From contig NC_086097.1 of the NCBI RefSeq assembly GCF_963921235.1, positions 214,150,001 through 214,214,000 on the forward strand: a DNA stretch of 64,000 nt, written 5' to 3'. Below are positions 50,901 through 63,309 of the stretch, in pieces. A program made the translations under genes and the position numbers. The notes under the pieces are model-generated. The model did not search any database. It saw nothing but the letters and a program-made list of their open reading frames with translations, and was not told where the DNA came from. The DNA is from Mobula hypostoma (lineage: Eukaryota). Every line of letters begins with the position of its first letter. The stretch's first letter is position 1.

Positions 50901-52835
50901 TCAACGAGGAGGTACACATGGGGCACAAGTTCCCTGCCTTGTAGCAAAAAAAATGTACAGCTATAAAGCTATTATTCATTTTTAAAAGAAAATAACTTCT
51001 TTTTCCAGATACAAAATCAAGTGACCTACAAAACTAGAGCATTATTGGTTCAGAGTTTGCATTACAGTGAAAACACTGTCACTTCTGATCTTGAAGAGCG
51101 CTCCCCATCAAGATCCAGCAAACTCTGGTGGCAATAATTTGCTCACCTCCAAAACGTTGTTGCTGTCAGGCATCAACTCAAAAAGAATTCTTGAAAGCAT
51201 TGATAAGATATCCGCTGAAGCATACCCCAAAGCAGTTGATGTTGCAGTGTGCCACTGTTCGAATTACAATCCTCTGTGCATGTTTCATTTTGTACAGCAT
51301 GGCAAAGATGGTATTTAAATTTTAAAAACTGCAAACTTTACACATGCCAAAGCAGTGCCAGTATCAGGGCTTGTTGCGTAACTTGTGTGGGTAGAAGCAA
51401 ACAATCCTGATACTAGCACTACTTTGGCAGAGGCAAGTATAGTGCTGGATGCAATCTGGGAGGAATGTACTGCCAGTTACACCACTAATTCCATCACTAC
51501 TAGAATATGGCAAAAATAGAAAATGAAAAATTTAAGTCAAGATTTTTCCAATTTTTTTTTAGAATCCTCTACTACAGCAATTTCATAGAACATTTCAATA
51601 CTTTTGAGAGGTACACCTTTTGACAAGAATGCTTTTCTTGTCAAAATTTAGGGTTCTGATTTTATTTGACTATCGAGTATGAATTGCAAGCAATTTTACT
51701 TCTATTACCCTCATGTTATCTTATGAAACTCCATTAGGCCTTATGATGAGCAGTTATGCATCAAATATTAAAGTTTAATGACTGAGTACAGAGTCTTTTG
51801 TTTTAAAGTTTACTATGTTTGTTCATTAAAAGAATTGAAATATCTTTGCCATTAAGTCCATCAAGAGCACAGTTTCATAGAGTCACACACCACAGAAAAA
51901 GCCCAAAATATTCATGCTGACCATCAAGTACCCATCTACCAGCATTTGGATGATAGCTTTTATTGCCTTAGCAATTCAAATATTCCTCAAGAATGCATAT
52001 GAGAGTATTGTGCAGTTGAATGCATTTTATACAGATTACTAAATAATGGCAAGCAAAAAACCGTATCTTCACATTTCATTTATTTATCTTTTCGTAAAAC
52101 CATATAATCAGGAGAAACTACATTAGACATGCTCATTTAGTTTAATTTACATCAGAATACCAACATGCAAATTTCTCATGCTGACATCAATTTTGACACA
52201 AGGATCCTTCATATATTAGTATACAAAAGTGCATATAAATTCATATATTCAAATAGCGAGATTATAAAAATGTTATTTACAAGATGCAAACATATTTATA
52301 TTATACAATCAGGCACAAAGAATCATTCCAAGCATTAGTCAGATTTCTTAGTACTTTAATGTCTCAATCCAATGACACTTCTCTATTGTTTAATGCAAAT
52401 AGAGAAAGTAAATAAATAAATAGCTGGATAAAGATAAACACACAAGAATGAAGTTAAATGCATAGACAAGTATATCTTCTCCCTATGAAAAGCTGCCAAT
52501 AAAAGACTTCCATGAATTGTTACAACTAGACAATTTATAACAAGGTTTCATATATACACACATGAAGGATTCAATTACATAATGAACATTCCTATGGGTT
52601 CATAGAATAAAAGGTATTTCACATAATTTATATCTGTCCATTATTGTCACCTGCAATGCAACAAAGCATTCATAGGCATTTTAATCATGCATCTTAGACA
52701 TCAATAATGAAATCACATAACATCTCAACCTCAAATCAACTTCCAATTGCCCCCCCCACAAATTTTATTTTGCTCCTCTTTGTGGATTTATTTTGGATTT
52801 TTTGCCCAACTTCATCTAGGTACTTAGAATGACTG

Positions 52836-53077
52836 CTATTGGTTCTGTAAATCCAGTATGACACAATTTTCTTTCCCCTTAATCCCTTCATTCTCTGACG
52901 TACCAGGAACATCCTCTGATGCTTCATTTTCTTCTTCTAGTATTTCAAAAGGCGTCATTACATCATATAGAAATGAGAGGAAACCATAAACCCAATCTGA
53001 GGATTCCTCTGTTATAATATCTAGGACCTCCTCGAGTGTACCAATTTGTTCATTACTACCATCACCTTTAGTGAGGC
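52836..53077 (-). CDS. ASPH: ASPH alternative terminal exon, (G)LTKGDGSNEQIGTLEEVLDIITEESSDWVYGFLSFLYDVMTPFEILEEENEASEDVPGTSENEGIKGKENCVILDLQNQ*
   Basis: Long polypyrimidine tract plus tag acceptor at 53078, phase 1, open to TAG at 52836-52838. Resembles a recalled short mammalian ASPH isoform C-terminus (…EESSDWFYGFLSFLYDIMTPFE…CVILDLHNQ). Minus-strand AATAAA at 52787-52792 and 52764-52769. Confidence 0.9.
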
Positions 53078-55017
53078 CTAAATAAGAATGAGAAGGGAAA
53101 AAGGAGAGAAAAGAAAGAAGAAGTGGTCAGACAGAAGTGGAAGAATATAGAACAGCGGAGTGCTACTTTAAGTGTCCTAGTTGGGATCAATCAGCTCTTA
53201 AAAATCACATCATTGCTTGTGTTATAAAGAAAATTAATTCTTCTTCCTTCTGTTTATTCAATACCATCCCACCCCATTCACCCTGCCATCTGAACAAGAA
53301 CAACCTCTACCTTCTGCATTCCCAACTAGGTGTCCTTTGAGGAAACAGGAAAGCTTGAAATTAGTCAACTGGAAGACCAAAGTTCTAATTCTGAAATGAC
53401 AACTGCTTGAATTATGTCAGGAGGTATACTCACTGGGATTTAATACCCCTAAGTTTTGCTAAAAGTAGTTGGAGCCTGTTGGGTATAAGATACAACATAT
53501 ACTTTCATTTTTGCTCACAATGTCTTCAAATATTAAAAATAGAAAGTTTTAGCAACATTTATAGTCTCCACCAGATTTAAAGTGTTATCATCACATACAC
53601 ATTTTATAGCATTATCACTCTACATCAACCCAGTTATCAAAAAAATTACAACTGAAATTAAAGGCAAGCTGTCTGCTGCATTGTACTTGTACAATGGATG
53701 CGAGAAAGTGATAAGAGAATATAAATAATTACTCTGCTCAAAATACTGTTCAGCAGAAATATCATCACTATTATAGAAGCTCACATTCCCCAAGCAAATT
53801 CCAAATACCTGTACCTTAGACTAGAAAGCTACTTTGCTACAAAATGAAAATATGACATGGACCTCACTAGCCAAGGTTCTATCTGGTTTTATTATTCTGC
53901 CTCTCCCCCATAGTCAACTAAACTAGGAGGAAAAAATACAGAAAAAAGACAGGCTATGCTGCACATACACTGCTCTTGACCAAGAGATGAAGACATATGC
54001 CAATACTTCCAATCTATTAAATTTACTGAGCCTAACCCAACCCTAAATACTTTAAGAGCGCATACACCAAAACCAAGCTCAATGTTCGGAGGGTTCATGG
54101 GTCAGACAGGCAGGCTCTAGCTCAAACAGCCGATACTGACAACAGAGAATCAGAATCTCCACTTTTGCCACTGCTGCACAAAAGAAAAGTTCAGTTTTAA
54201 AAGCATCAGGAAATTAGGTAAAAATTCCACCACTTAAGTTATAATTCAAGTTCATCCGATCACAAACAATGAAGAATAATATATTTCCTTCTTTCACTTG
54301 GCATTAAAATATCTTCATTAGTGTACTCGAGTGGCAATTTGGTGCAATGTTATTAATTCAGCTGAAAACAGACTGAATTTTCTTTCTAACCATTCACCTG
54401 GTTTGCATTAATTGGAAATCATTTAAACTATAGTGAACAATTAGTTTAATGGCAGATTAACTTATCTACATTCAAGTTATAGTCCTATGATCTTTTGTGA
54501 GGGGGGAGTATCCATTTTTGACTGAGAGCAACCCAATTTAATTGCCTAAATCTGACAAAGCCCATCACCAAATGATGTTCAAGAACTCCTACATATTAAC
54601 AAGCCACCCTGACATTCAAATTAAAAACAATAAATTCAATGTATGACCCACAATAATACATAAATGCATACTTATTTATTGAGAAAACACAAATGTATGT
54701 TTTGAAATGATATTTGAAGATTTTTCTTTCCAATTTCATGAAAAGGTTCCTCTATCTGTTACACGAAACTTCTGTACATTTATTAGCTCCTGCATCCAGA
54801 ATAATTGTGAATGCTCTCGCTCTCATCTCCAAACTCACAAGTTGTGGTGTTCATAAACGGAGAATAAGGTTACAAACTTTTAACATCGATCATGTAAGTT
54901 CAGTCAACAGCTGCATTTAAAATTAAGCTTTCAGAACAACCAAATTCATTCATGCAACTGCCAAACAAGGGTGCCGTTTTGGAATTCCATGCAAGATAAA
55001 AACAAAAATATGCTTGC

Positions 55018-55086
55018 CTAGCAAAATTTTGGCATCTTCCACATCAAAATCACCATCTCCATCGGCATCATAGATTCCAAGTTTCC
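55018..55086 (-). CDS. ASPH: ASPH/junctin/junctate shared exon with EF-hand-like loop, (G)KLGIYDADGDGDFDVEDAKILL
   Basis: 69 nt, phase 1-1. Acceptor ttttttattctgaatag, donor TAG|GCAAGC (GC type). Translation is nearly identical to the recalled human ASPH segment GKLGIYDADGDGDFDVDDAKVLLG. Confidence 0.96.
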   Translation of the reverse strand, partial: GNLESMMPMEMVILMWKMPKFC

Positions 55087-55639
55087 CTATTCAGAATAAA
55101 AAAGGAAAACAATTACCTTTTGAATTACATTTCAATGAACAAGTTCACAGCATACAAAAACAATAAAAAAAATACAAAAGTTTCAGATGTGCCCAAGTTG
55201 CAAAAAAAAAATTACAATATATACATTACACTATACTTGGTACAAGAAGCAGTATTGCAGGAATAGCTACTAGGAACAAGGCTCTTTCTAACCACACATA
55301 TACTACATGACATTCCACCAGAGCTAGATAACTAACTTAATCCTTCCAGTGTCAAAATGACAAACTTTGTAATATGCAGATCTTAAGGTCACTTGAAAGA
55401 ATTTATACAAGGCAGAAATACCAAGAGTTACACAAGACATAATTTGCTAAGATAATGATACATAATTGTAGCAAAAATAGTAAAAACATGTTTAAGTTAG
55501 TGTCACAGATTTTAAAAAATGACCAAAATATCTTAGTCTTTTTCATATCCAAAAATAATACCAACTTAGACATGGGATGTCAGAGCTACTGAAGGACTTT
55601 GTTGCGGTAGAAAATACAGCTGTAGATGAAGTTTATGTT

Positions 55640-56390
55640 CCAGTCAACATAATAATAAATATAACCAGCAGTAGACTAATCATCCCTCAAGCTTGCCTTG
55701 CCCTTCAATCAGATCACACCTTATCCAACTTTGGCCTCAACAGCACTTTCTTCCTCTCTCACCATACTCCATGAACTACTTGTAGCTCAGATCTCTGGCA
55801 ATATTCATCATAAACCAATCACTCTGCCTTTGTAGCTTTCGAGATAAAGAATTCCGAATAGTTACAAACTGGTCAATGGAAAAAAAAATTCCTCACCTCA
55901 ACATGAACAGACATTTTTATTCTGAAGCTTTGCCCCTTAGTCTGAACATCTACTCCATAAGAAACAGCCTTTCAACATTCATTTTGCTAATCTCCCTCAG
56001 AAACTTGTATATTTCAACAAAATTTCCCTTCACTCTTTTAAATTCTATTTCTAATTGTCCAAATGTCCAATGTTTCCTCATCTGTCAACCCTTAAACCCA
56101 AGGAATAAACTGCCCTTTTCTGCAGTGCATCCCATACATCTCTCCAAAATACAAAGGCCAAAATTGAATGCAGTACATGAGGCCAGTTTCATCAGCACCC
56201 CTTGTAATAAAGTCCAACAATTCATTAGCTTTCCTAACTACTTGATGTACATGCATGTCAATTCTTTGCAGCAGAACCTTTGTAACATAACATTTTGCAA
56301 TTAACAATCTGAACTGCACCATCAGTAAATTTGACTTCAGTCATTAATAAACAGATTGTAAATAGTTGAGGCTCCTATGGCGCCCAATAA
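55640..56390 (-). mobile_element. Old CR1 fragment
   Basis: QVVRKANELLDFITRG…YCIQFW in ORF 56092..56322. Confidence 0.7.
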
Positions 56391-56422
56391 CAACTAATCC
56401 AGGAATATCATTATAATTACGC

Positions 56423-57005
56423 AAAAAGCAGAATTTCCCGGTGGCCAACCATTTTAATACCTATCCCCATTACCGTTCCAACACGTTGGTCCATGGCCTT
56501 CTCTTCTGCCATGATGAGGCTAGTCCCAGGGTGGAGGAACAACACATCACATCCCATCTAGGTAGCCTCTAAATTAATAGAATGAACATCGATTTCTCCT
56601 TCCAGTCATTTTTTGCCCTCTCAATTCCCTCTTCTTCTATTCCCCATTGTAGTCTCTTATCTGCCTATCACCTCCCCCTGGTGCCCCTCTCCATCCCTTT
56701 CTTCCATGATCCACTCTTCTCTCCCATCAGATTCCTTCTTTTCCAGCCCTTTGCCTTTTCCGTCTTTCATTCCCAACTTATTTCCTACCCGCCCCCCCCC
56801 AGTCACTTATCACCTTCTACCTTATATTCTATCCCCTCCCTCCATTTTATTCTGGCATCCTCCCCCTTCCTTTCCAGTCCTGACGAAGGGTCTCAGCCCG
56901 AAATGTCCACTGTTTATTCCTCTCCACAGATGCTGCTTGATCTCCTGAGTTCCTCCAGCATTTTATTGTGTTGCTCTGGGTTTCCAGCATCTGAAAGATC
57001 TCGTG
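56423..57005 (+). mobile_element. Penelope-like element 3' fragment
   Basis: aaaagcagaatttcccggtggccaaccattttaat is identical to 34163-34197. Ends with ctgacgaagggtctcagcccgaaa. Confidence 0.82.
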
Positions 57006-59131
57006 TTTATTATAATAATTGATTATGTGGATAAGTTAAGATAAAGATTAACAAGGTTTTGGGTTTGAAGAGCACCTATCTAATATTTAACTTCAATAGT
57101 TCAAAAGGGCCACTAGGTGGAGGACAAATAAAGTACAGTACACCTGGACTTTCAGATAACCTTGGAGGTATTTTGCACTATATTATTTTACAAGGTTGTA
57201 CCTCACAGTTTTAAAATATGAAACACTGTATTTGAAACTGGCTCCATTTCAATGAGTGTTTCTAATGGTGCCTCGCGGGGTCAGGCCCAGTGTAGTTTTG
57301 TGCAATATTTAACATTAATGTGGTGCTGGATTGAGGGCAACTTGCTCCCAGTCAGGTTCAGTGGATTCTACAGCAATTGGTGAAGTCAATATGGGAACCA
57401 TGCTTTCTTCCACAGATGCCTTTAATCCACTTGTGCCACCATTTTACAGAGGACTCCATGTACTCCTGACACACAGACTCAAGGTTCTCAAATGTTCTTT
57501 CTTCATTTTGACCAGATATGGGCTAAGCATTCTCTAGGTCTATGGGTACACTGCATGTTTTTATTGAAACTTTGAGCACATCCTTGTATATTTCTGCTGA
57601 CCATCTCAGTAATCTCTTCCAGGGATACGGGTTAGTCTATACTTCAGGTGAAATGGGAGGGTTTGCAGAGATACAATAGGTGGCATCTTTCCAAGCCATT
57701 TAGTGGCTGTGATAGGTAGGTAATCTAGATCTCAAAAGCATACAGGAAGGCAAGGATCAGTGTTGCCTTACAGACCCTTAGACTTGTGTCAGGTTCAAGG
57801 CACTATTTATCAAGCATCTTTTTCTTCAACTTAGCAAAGGCTACAAGGGCACGTTAAAGGCTGAACTTCAAATGTCCCTTGATGAACAATCTGTTTAGGA
57901 TTTTATCATAAACTGTTACTGTCAAGAGGGCAGTAGAGTACAATGAAGTCAGAATAATAGAGGCTCATTCTCTAATGCATGTTGGGTTACAAGATCTATT
58001 TTCTCACACGCTTCAGTGAAAGAGTTATAAAGGGTTTTATAGCTCATCCTTTTGTATACTGTAACTTTACTATCAGGATTGGATAAACCCTGCTCTGGAG
58101 CATAGAAGATATAGGATGAATTTGACCTAAAGATTAGCTCAACCTCCAACAGACCTCTTACAAGAATGAAGGTGCACTGTTGGATTACATACACAAGTGA
58201 TTCCTAGCTTTGAAAATCTCAACTGCTCAGAAAGCCTGAAATGCCTCAGTGTGCACAATATTAAACAATATTATCTGGAGATCACCAGATAGATAAAGGT
58301 CAACAGACTAGGTTGTCGCTTCTAATAGATCATTCCAGTTGTAAGATATTAGAAAGGGCCAGAAGATACAAGCTTAAAACAGGCAATACCTGCTACAGGG
58401 AACTGAGGACCTCTGGAGCTCATTACCAACTGCTGTTGCTTGTGGTACCTCCCTGCATTGCTTCAGGAAGTTGAGCATGTTTCTCACTGGGAAGCGTTTG
58501 CATTGTGAGGAAGGCATGATTCAAGCTGAAATACTATTTCATGCAATTTCCTGAACAAGTTCTAATCTCCTGAATGGGTCACAACAGAATCTTTTTTCCC
58601 CCTCCCTGTTTCAAGTAGTATTTTTCCTTATATAGCATATACAAAATTCAAGCTTATAAAGTGTGTCCCTCAGAAAAGCAGTGTTTAACCATGGTGTTCT
58701 AGAAGTCACAATGTGGGACAAGGTTATTGGAACAGCTGGCACTTCATGCACATTCTTTTCTGTGAATGTATTTATGAAGCTAGTCTGATACATACAAAGT
58801 TTCATTAGATTCACTCAAAAATGATTAAAACAGGCAAAACCACCACGATAATAACCCAAATACAATTCGAGGAGCCAAAGCTCAAAGTGTTCTGCAGGAA
58901 ATGAGGACACCTACTTCCTCAGGGGAGTAATCAGAATTGTGCCTTTATCCACTATAATTTACAATACTTATTCTAAGAAGTGGGATGATGAAATAGACTT
59001 CTTACATTATCAATATTCAGCCTTGGAGAAGTACAAGCTAATGTTCTACATAATAATATATTAATAAGTATTATAATAATATGATGTTCAGGCAGCTTAT
59101 CATGAAGTGCTGACGATCAACCCACTAAAAG

Positions 59132-59211
59132 AAGGGTCCCAACCTGGGGTCCGTGGACCCCTCGGTTAATGATAAGTCTCTGCGGCATTAATAAAAGGTT
59201 GGGAACCCCTG
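59132..59211. mobile_element. Tiny hAT-like MITE
   Basis: agggtcccaacct…aggttgggaacccctg inverted ends. Confidence 0.55.
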
Positions 59212-59329
59212 CACTCTATTATATTCAGTCTCAAACCAAAACATCGACCATGCTTTTGCCTCCACAGATGCTGTTTGACTCGAGTTCCTCTAGCAGTTTT
59301 GTTTTTAACCTCTACATTTTGCAGCTTAT

Positions 59330-60090
59330 TGTCAAGATTCAAGATTGTCTAATGTCATTTCTAGTACACAAATGTAAAATAAAGAATGAAATCATTGTTA
59401 TTCCAGATCCGATGGAGCACAAAATAAAACAATAAAATAAAGTACAGCATAACAATAAAAGCAGTAAAATATGTAAGATAGCCTATATGCATGTCAATAA
59501 CACTAGGCACAGGGTTATCTGTACATAATGTGGCCCTGATAAGAAATGATAAAACAGTGAGTGGAGGTGTTAATCAGTCTTACTGCTTGGGAAAAGTAAC
59601 TGTTTTTGAGTGTGGTGGTTCTGGTGTGCAGGTAGCCTCCTCTCTGATGGGAGTGGAACAAATAGTCCATGAACAGGATGGGTGGGATCCTTCATGATGT
59701 TACTGACCCTTTGTCTACATGTCCTTAATGGCGATAGGGCTGGTGCCAGTGATGCACTGGTTAATTCTGACTACCCATTGAAGAATCTTCCCGTCTGCTG
59801 CAATGCAGTTTCCTTACATTGAGTGGCGCTGCTTGTTAGGATGCTCTCTTCAGGCTCCTCAAAAAGCAGAGATGAGCTCTCCTGATTGCTTTTGTGATCC
59901 GAGACCATGAGAGTTTGTGTGAGCACCAGTGCCACTGGGTGGTAGTCATTTAGTGCTGAAGATGTAGAGTTGCTGGTGGCTGATTTGAAGCATACAGGGA
60001 CAGCAGGCTGGATGAGTGATGTGTTGAAGATGTCAGTGAGCTGGAGTACTTGGCCTGGGATGTTGCCTTGTGGGGGTTGACTCTTTGCAG
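59330..60090 (-). mobile_element. Rex1/Babar-like LINE fragments
   Basis: QLTDIFNTSLIQPAVPVCFK…LNDYHPVAL in ORF 59771. (caagatt)n tail. Confidence 0.75.
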
Positions 60091-60224
60091 AGTTCACAGA
60101 ATAAGCGCATTTCAAGATACAACCATGCTGAGGAAAGGAGAATTTTGAAAAGCAGTGGCAATTTTTTTTTACCCCCCCACACACAAAATTGAAGCACATA
60201 TTATAATGCACACAATATTTTTTA

Positions 60225-62590
60225 GTCCCTCCACCGCGGTCTGTGGCAGAACATTCCATAGATTCACTATTCTCTTCCTCCTTACCTCTGGTCTAAAAGG
60301 TTGCTCCTCAACTTTGAAGCTGTGTCCTCTCATTCTGGATACCCCCACCACAGGAAATATCCTCTCCACATCCACCTTATCTAGTCCTTTCAACATTTTG
60401 TAGGTTTCAATGAGATCCCCCATGCATTCTTCTAAATTCCTGTAAATACAGGTCCAAAGCAGCCAAACACTTCTCATATGTCAATCTCTTCATTCCCGGA
60501 ACCATTCTTGTGAACCTCCTCCGGACTCTCTCCAACGACAACATATCCCTTCTGAGCTATGGGGCCTCAAAACTATTGGCAATACTCCAAGCACAGAGTA
60601 AATACCAACATTGCCTTTACCTTCTTTACCAGACTCAACCTGTAAATTAACCTTCTGGGAGTCTTGCACAAGGATTCCCAAGTCTCTCTGCACCTCTGAT
60701 GTTTGAACCTTCTCCCCATTTAGATAACAGTCCGTACATTGTTCCTTTTACCAAAATGCATTATCATACATTTCCCAACACTGTATTCCATCTGCCAATT
60801 TTTTGCCCACTCTTCCAATTTGTCTGATTCCTGCTGCAATTGCATTGCTCCCTCAGCACTGCCTACCTATCTTCGTATCATCCGCAAATTTTGCCATACA
60901 GCCATCAATTCCATATCCAAATCATTGACAATCAATGTGAAAAGCAGTGGTCCCAATACTGACCCCCTGAGGAACACTACTAATCACTGACAGCCAACCA
61001 GAAAAGGCTCCCTTTATTTCTACTTGCTGTCTCCTGCCCGTTGCCATTCCTCTTTCCGTGCCAGTATCTTTCCTGTAACACCACAGGATTTTATCTTTTT
61101 AATCAGCCTCATTTGTGCCACCTGATCAAATGCCTTCTGAAAATCCAAGTAAATGACATCCACTGCCTCTCCTTTGTTCAACCTGCTTGTTACGTCCTTG
61201 AAGAATTCCAACAGATTTGTCAGGCAAGATTTCCCCTTACAGAAACCATGCTGACTGACTTATTTTATCATTAGTCTCCAAGTATCCCAAAACCTCGTCC
61301 TTAATAATAGTCTACAACACTTTCCCAACCACTGAGATTAGCCTAACTCACCTATAATTTCCTTTCTTTTGCCTTCCTTCCTTTAAGAGTGGAGTGACAT
61401 TTGCAATCTTCCAGTACTCCAGGACCACAGTAGAATCACGTGATTCTTGAAAGATCATGACCAATGCATCCGTTATCTCTTCAGCAATCTGTCCCAGGAC
61501 TCTGGGATGTTGTCCATCTAGTCCAGGTGACTTAACCACCTAAAACCTTTCAGTTTGCCTAGCACTTTTTCCCCTTTGTAATAGCAATGGCACTCACTCC
61601 TGCTCCTTATCACCCACAGATCTCTGGCACACTGCTGGTGTCTTCCACAGTGAAGACTGATGGAAAGTACCCATTAAGTTCATCTGCCATCTCTTTGCCC
61701 CCCCCCCCTTACTACCTCACCAGCATCATTTCCCAGTGGTCCAATATCAACTCTCAATTCCCTTTTACTCTTTATATAAAAAAAACGAATAAACTTTTGG
61801 TATCCTGCTCGTCTGCCCTCATATTTCATCTTTTCCCTTTTTTAGTTGGTTTTTGTTGGATTTTAAAAGCTTCCCAATCATCCAACTTCCCACTCACTTT
61901 TGCTACCTTATATGCTCTTTCCTCAGCTTTTATGCAGTCCTCACTTCCCTTGTCAGCCATGGTCGCCTACCCCTGCTATTTGAGAACAACTTCTGTGGGA
62001 CATCCTGCGCCTTGTGAACTATTCCCAGAAACTTCAGCTATCTCTGCTCTGTCGTCATCTTCACCAATATCCTCCTCCAATCTACCTGGGCAAACTCCTC
62101 TCTCATGCCTCTGTAATTCCCTTTATTTCACTGTAATGAAAACCAATTTCCCTCGGGATCAATAAAGTATGACTATGATACTGATACATGTGACTTGTGC
62201 TTCTCCCTCTCAAATTGCAGTATGAATTCAATCATAGTATGATCACTGCCTCCTCCATTATGCTTCGGAATAAGATCTGGGTTATTACACAACACCCAAT
62301 CTAAGACAGTCTTTCCCCAAGTAGGCTGCAGAACAAGCTGCTCTAAAATGCCATTTCATAAGCATTCAACAAATTCCCTCTCTTGTGATTTAACACCAAC
62401 CTGATTACCCCCATCCCCTTGCATATTGAAGTCCCCCATTACAATCGGGTCATTATCCTTACTACATGCCTTTTCCAGCTCCATATGCAATCGCAACCCC
62501 ACATCTTGGCTACTATATGGAGGCTTATATATGATTCCCACAATGGATTTCTTACCCTTGCAGTTTCTTAACTCCACCCACAAAGATTCA
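60225..62590 (-). mobile_element. CR1 LINE (endonuclease-RT), decayed
   Basis: ORFs 62356 (WVELRN…YKPP…MGDFN), 61348, 61020, 60490 and 60169. Confidence 0.9.
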
Positions 62591-62594
62591 ACAT

Positions 62595-63132
62595 GTAGAT
62601 GTGCTCAAAGATTTGGAGGGTTTTACCTGTGATGTACTGGGCTGAGTCCACAGCCTTTTATAGTATTTTCCACCCAAAGGCATCGGTGTTCCCATACCAG
62701 GCCGTAATGCAGCCAGTCAGCACACCTTCCATGACACATCTATAGAAGTTTGCCAAGGTTTTCAATGACATGCCAAACCTCTGCAGACTCCTGAGGAAGT
62801 AGAGGTGCTCTCGTGCTTTCTTAATAATAATATTTATATGGTGGGTCTAGGACAGGTCCTCTGAGATAGTGACACCCAGGAATTTAAAATTACTGACCCT
62901 CTCCACCTCTGATCCTCCAATGATTACCGGCTCATTGACCACTGGTTTCCTTCTCTTGAAGTCTACAATGCGTTCCTTGGTCTTATTGACACCGAGAGAT
63001 TGTTATTACACCACTCAGCCAAATGTTTAATTTACCTCCTGTATACTGACTCATCACCCCCTTTGATATGGCCCACAATAGTGGCACCATTAGCAAACTT
63101 GTATATGGTGTTGGAGCTGTACTTAGCCACCC
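62595..63132 (-). mobile_element. Rex1/Babar-like LINE fragment
   Basis: Reverse complement encodes YKFANGATIVGHIKG and HLYFLRSLQRFG-like motifs. Confidence 0.75.
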
Positions 63133-63309
63133 ATGTAACCTGGTTATTCATAAAGACTAATTACAACATATTAAGCATAGTACAAAATGTTTGATGAATA
63201 AATCTTGGTAGAGAAGCTTTTAGATCTCAAATGAACAATATGATTCAAGTTATTATCTAATAGCCCAATGAAAGGGTTGTCCAAAATAACTCTTCTAAAT
63301 GCTTTTCAT

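Noticed and set aside
33461..55086. Assignment to triadin (TRDN)
   Set aside because: The YDADGDGDFDVED exon and the acidic exon series are ASPH-specific as I recall them.
61587..62165. 192-aa plus-strand ORF, and similar mid-size ORFs at 8029 and 29480
   Set aside because: Antisense frames of CR1 ORF2 fragments.
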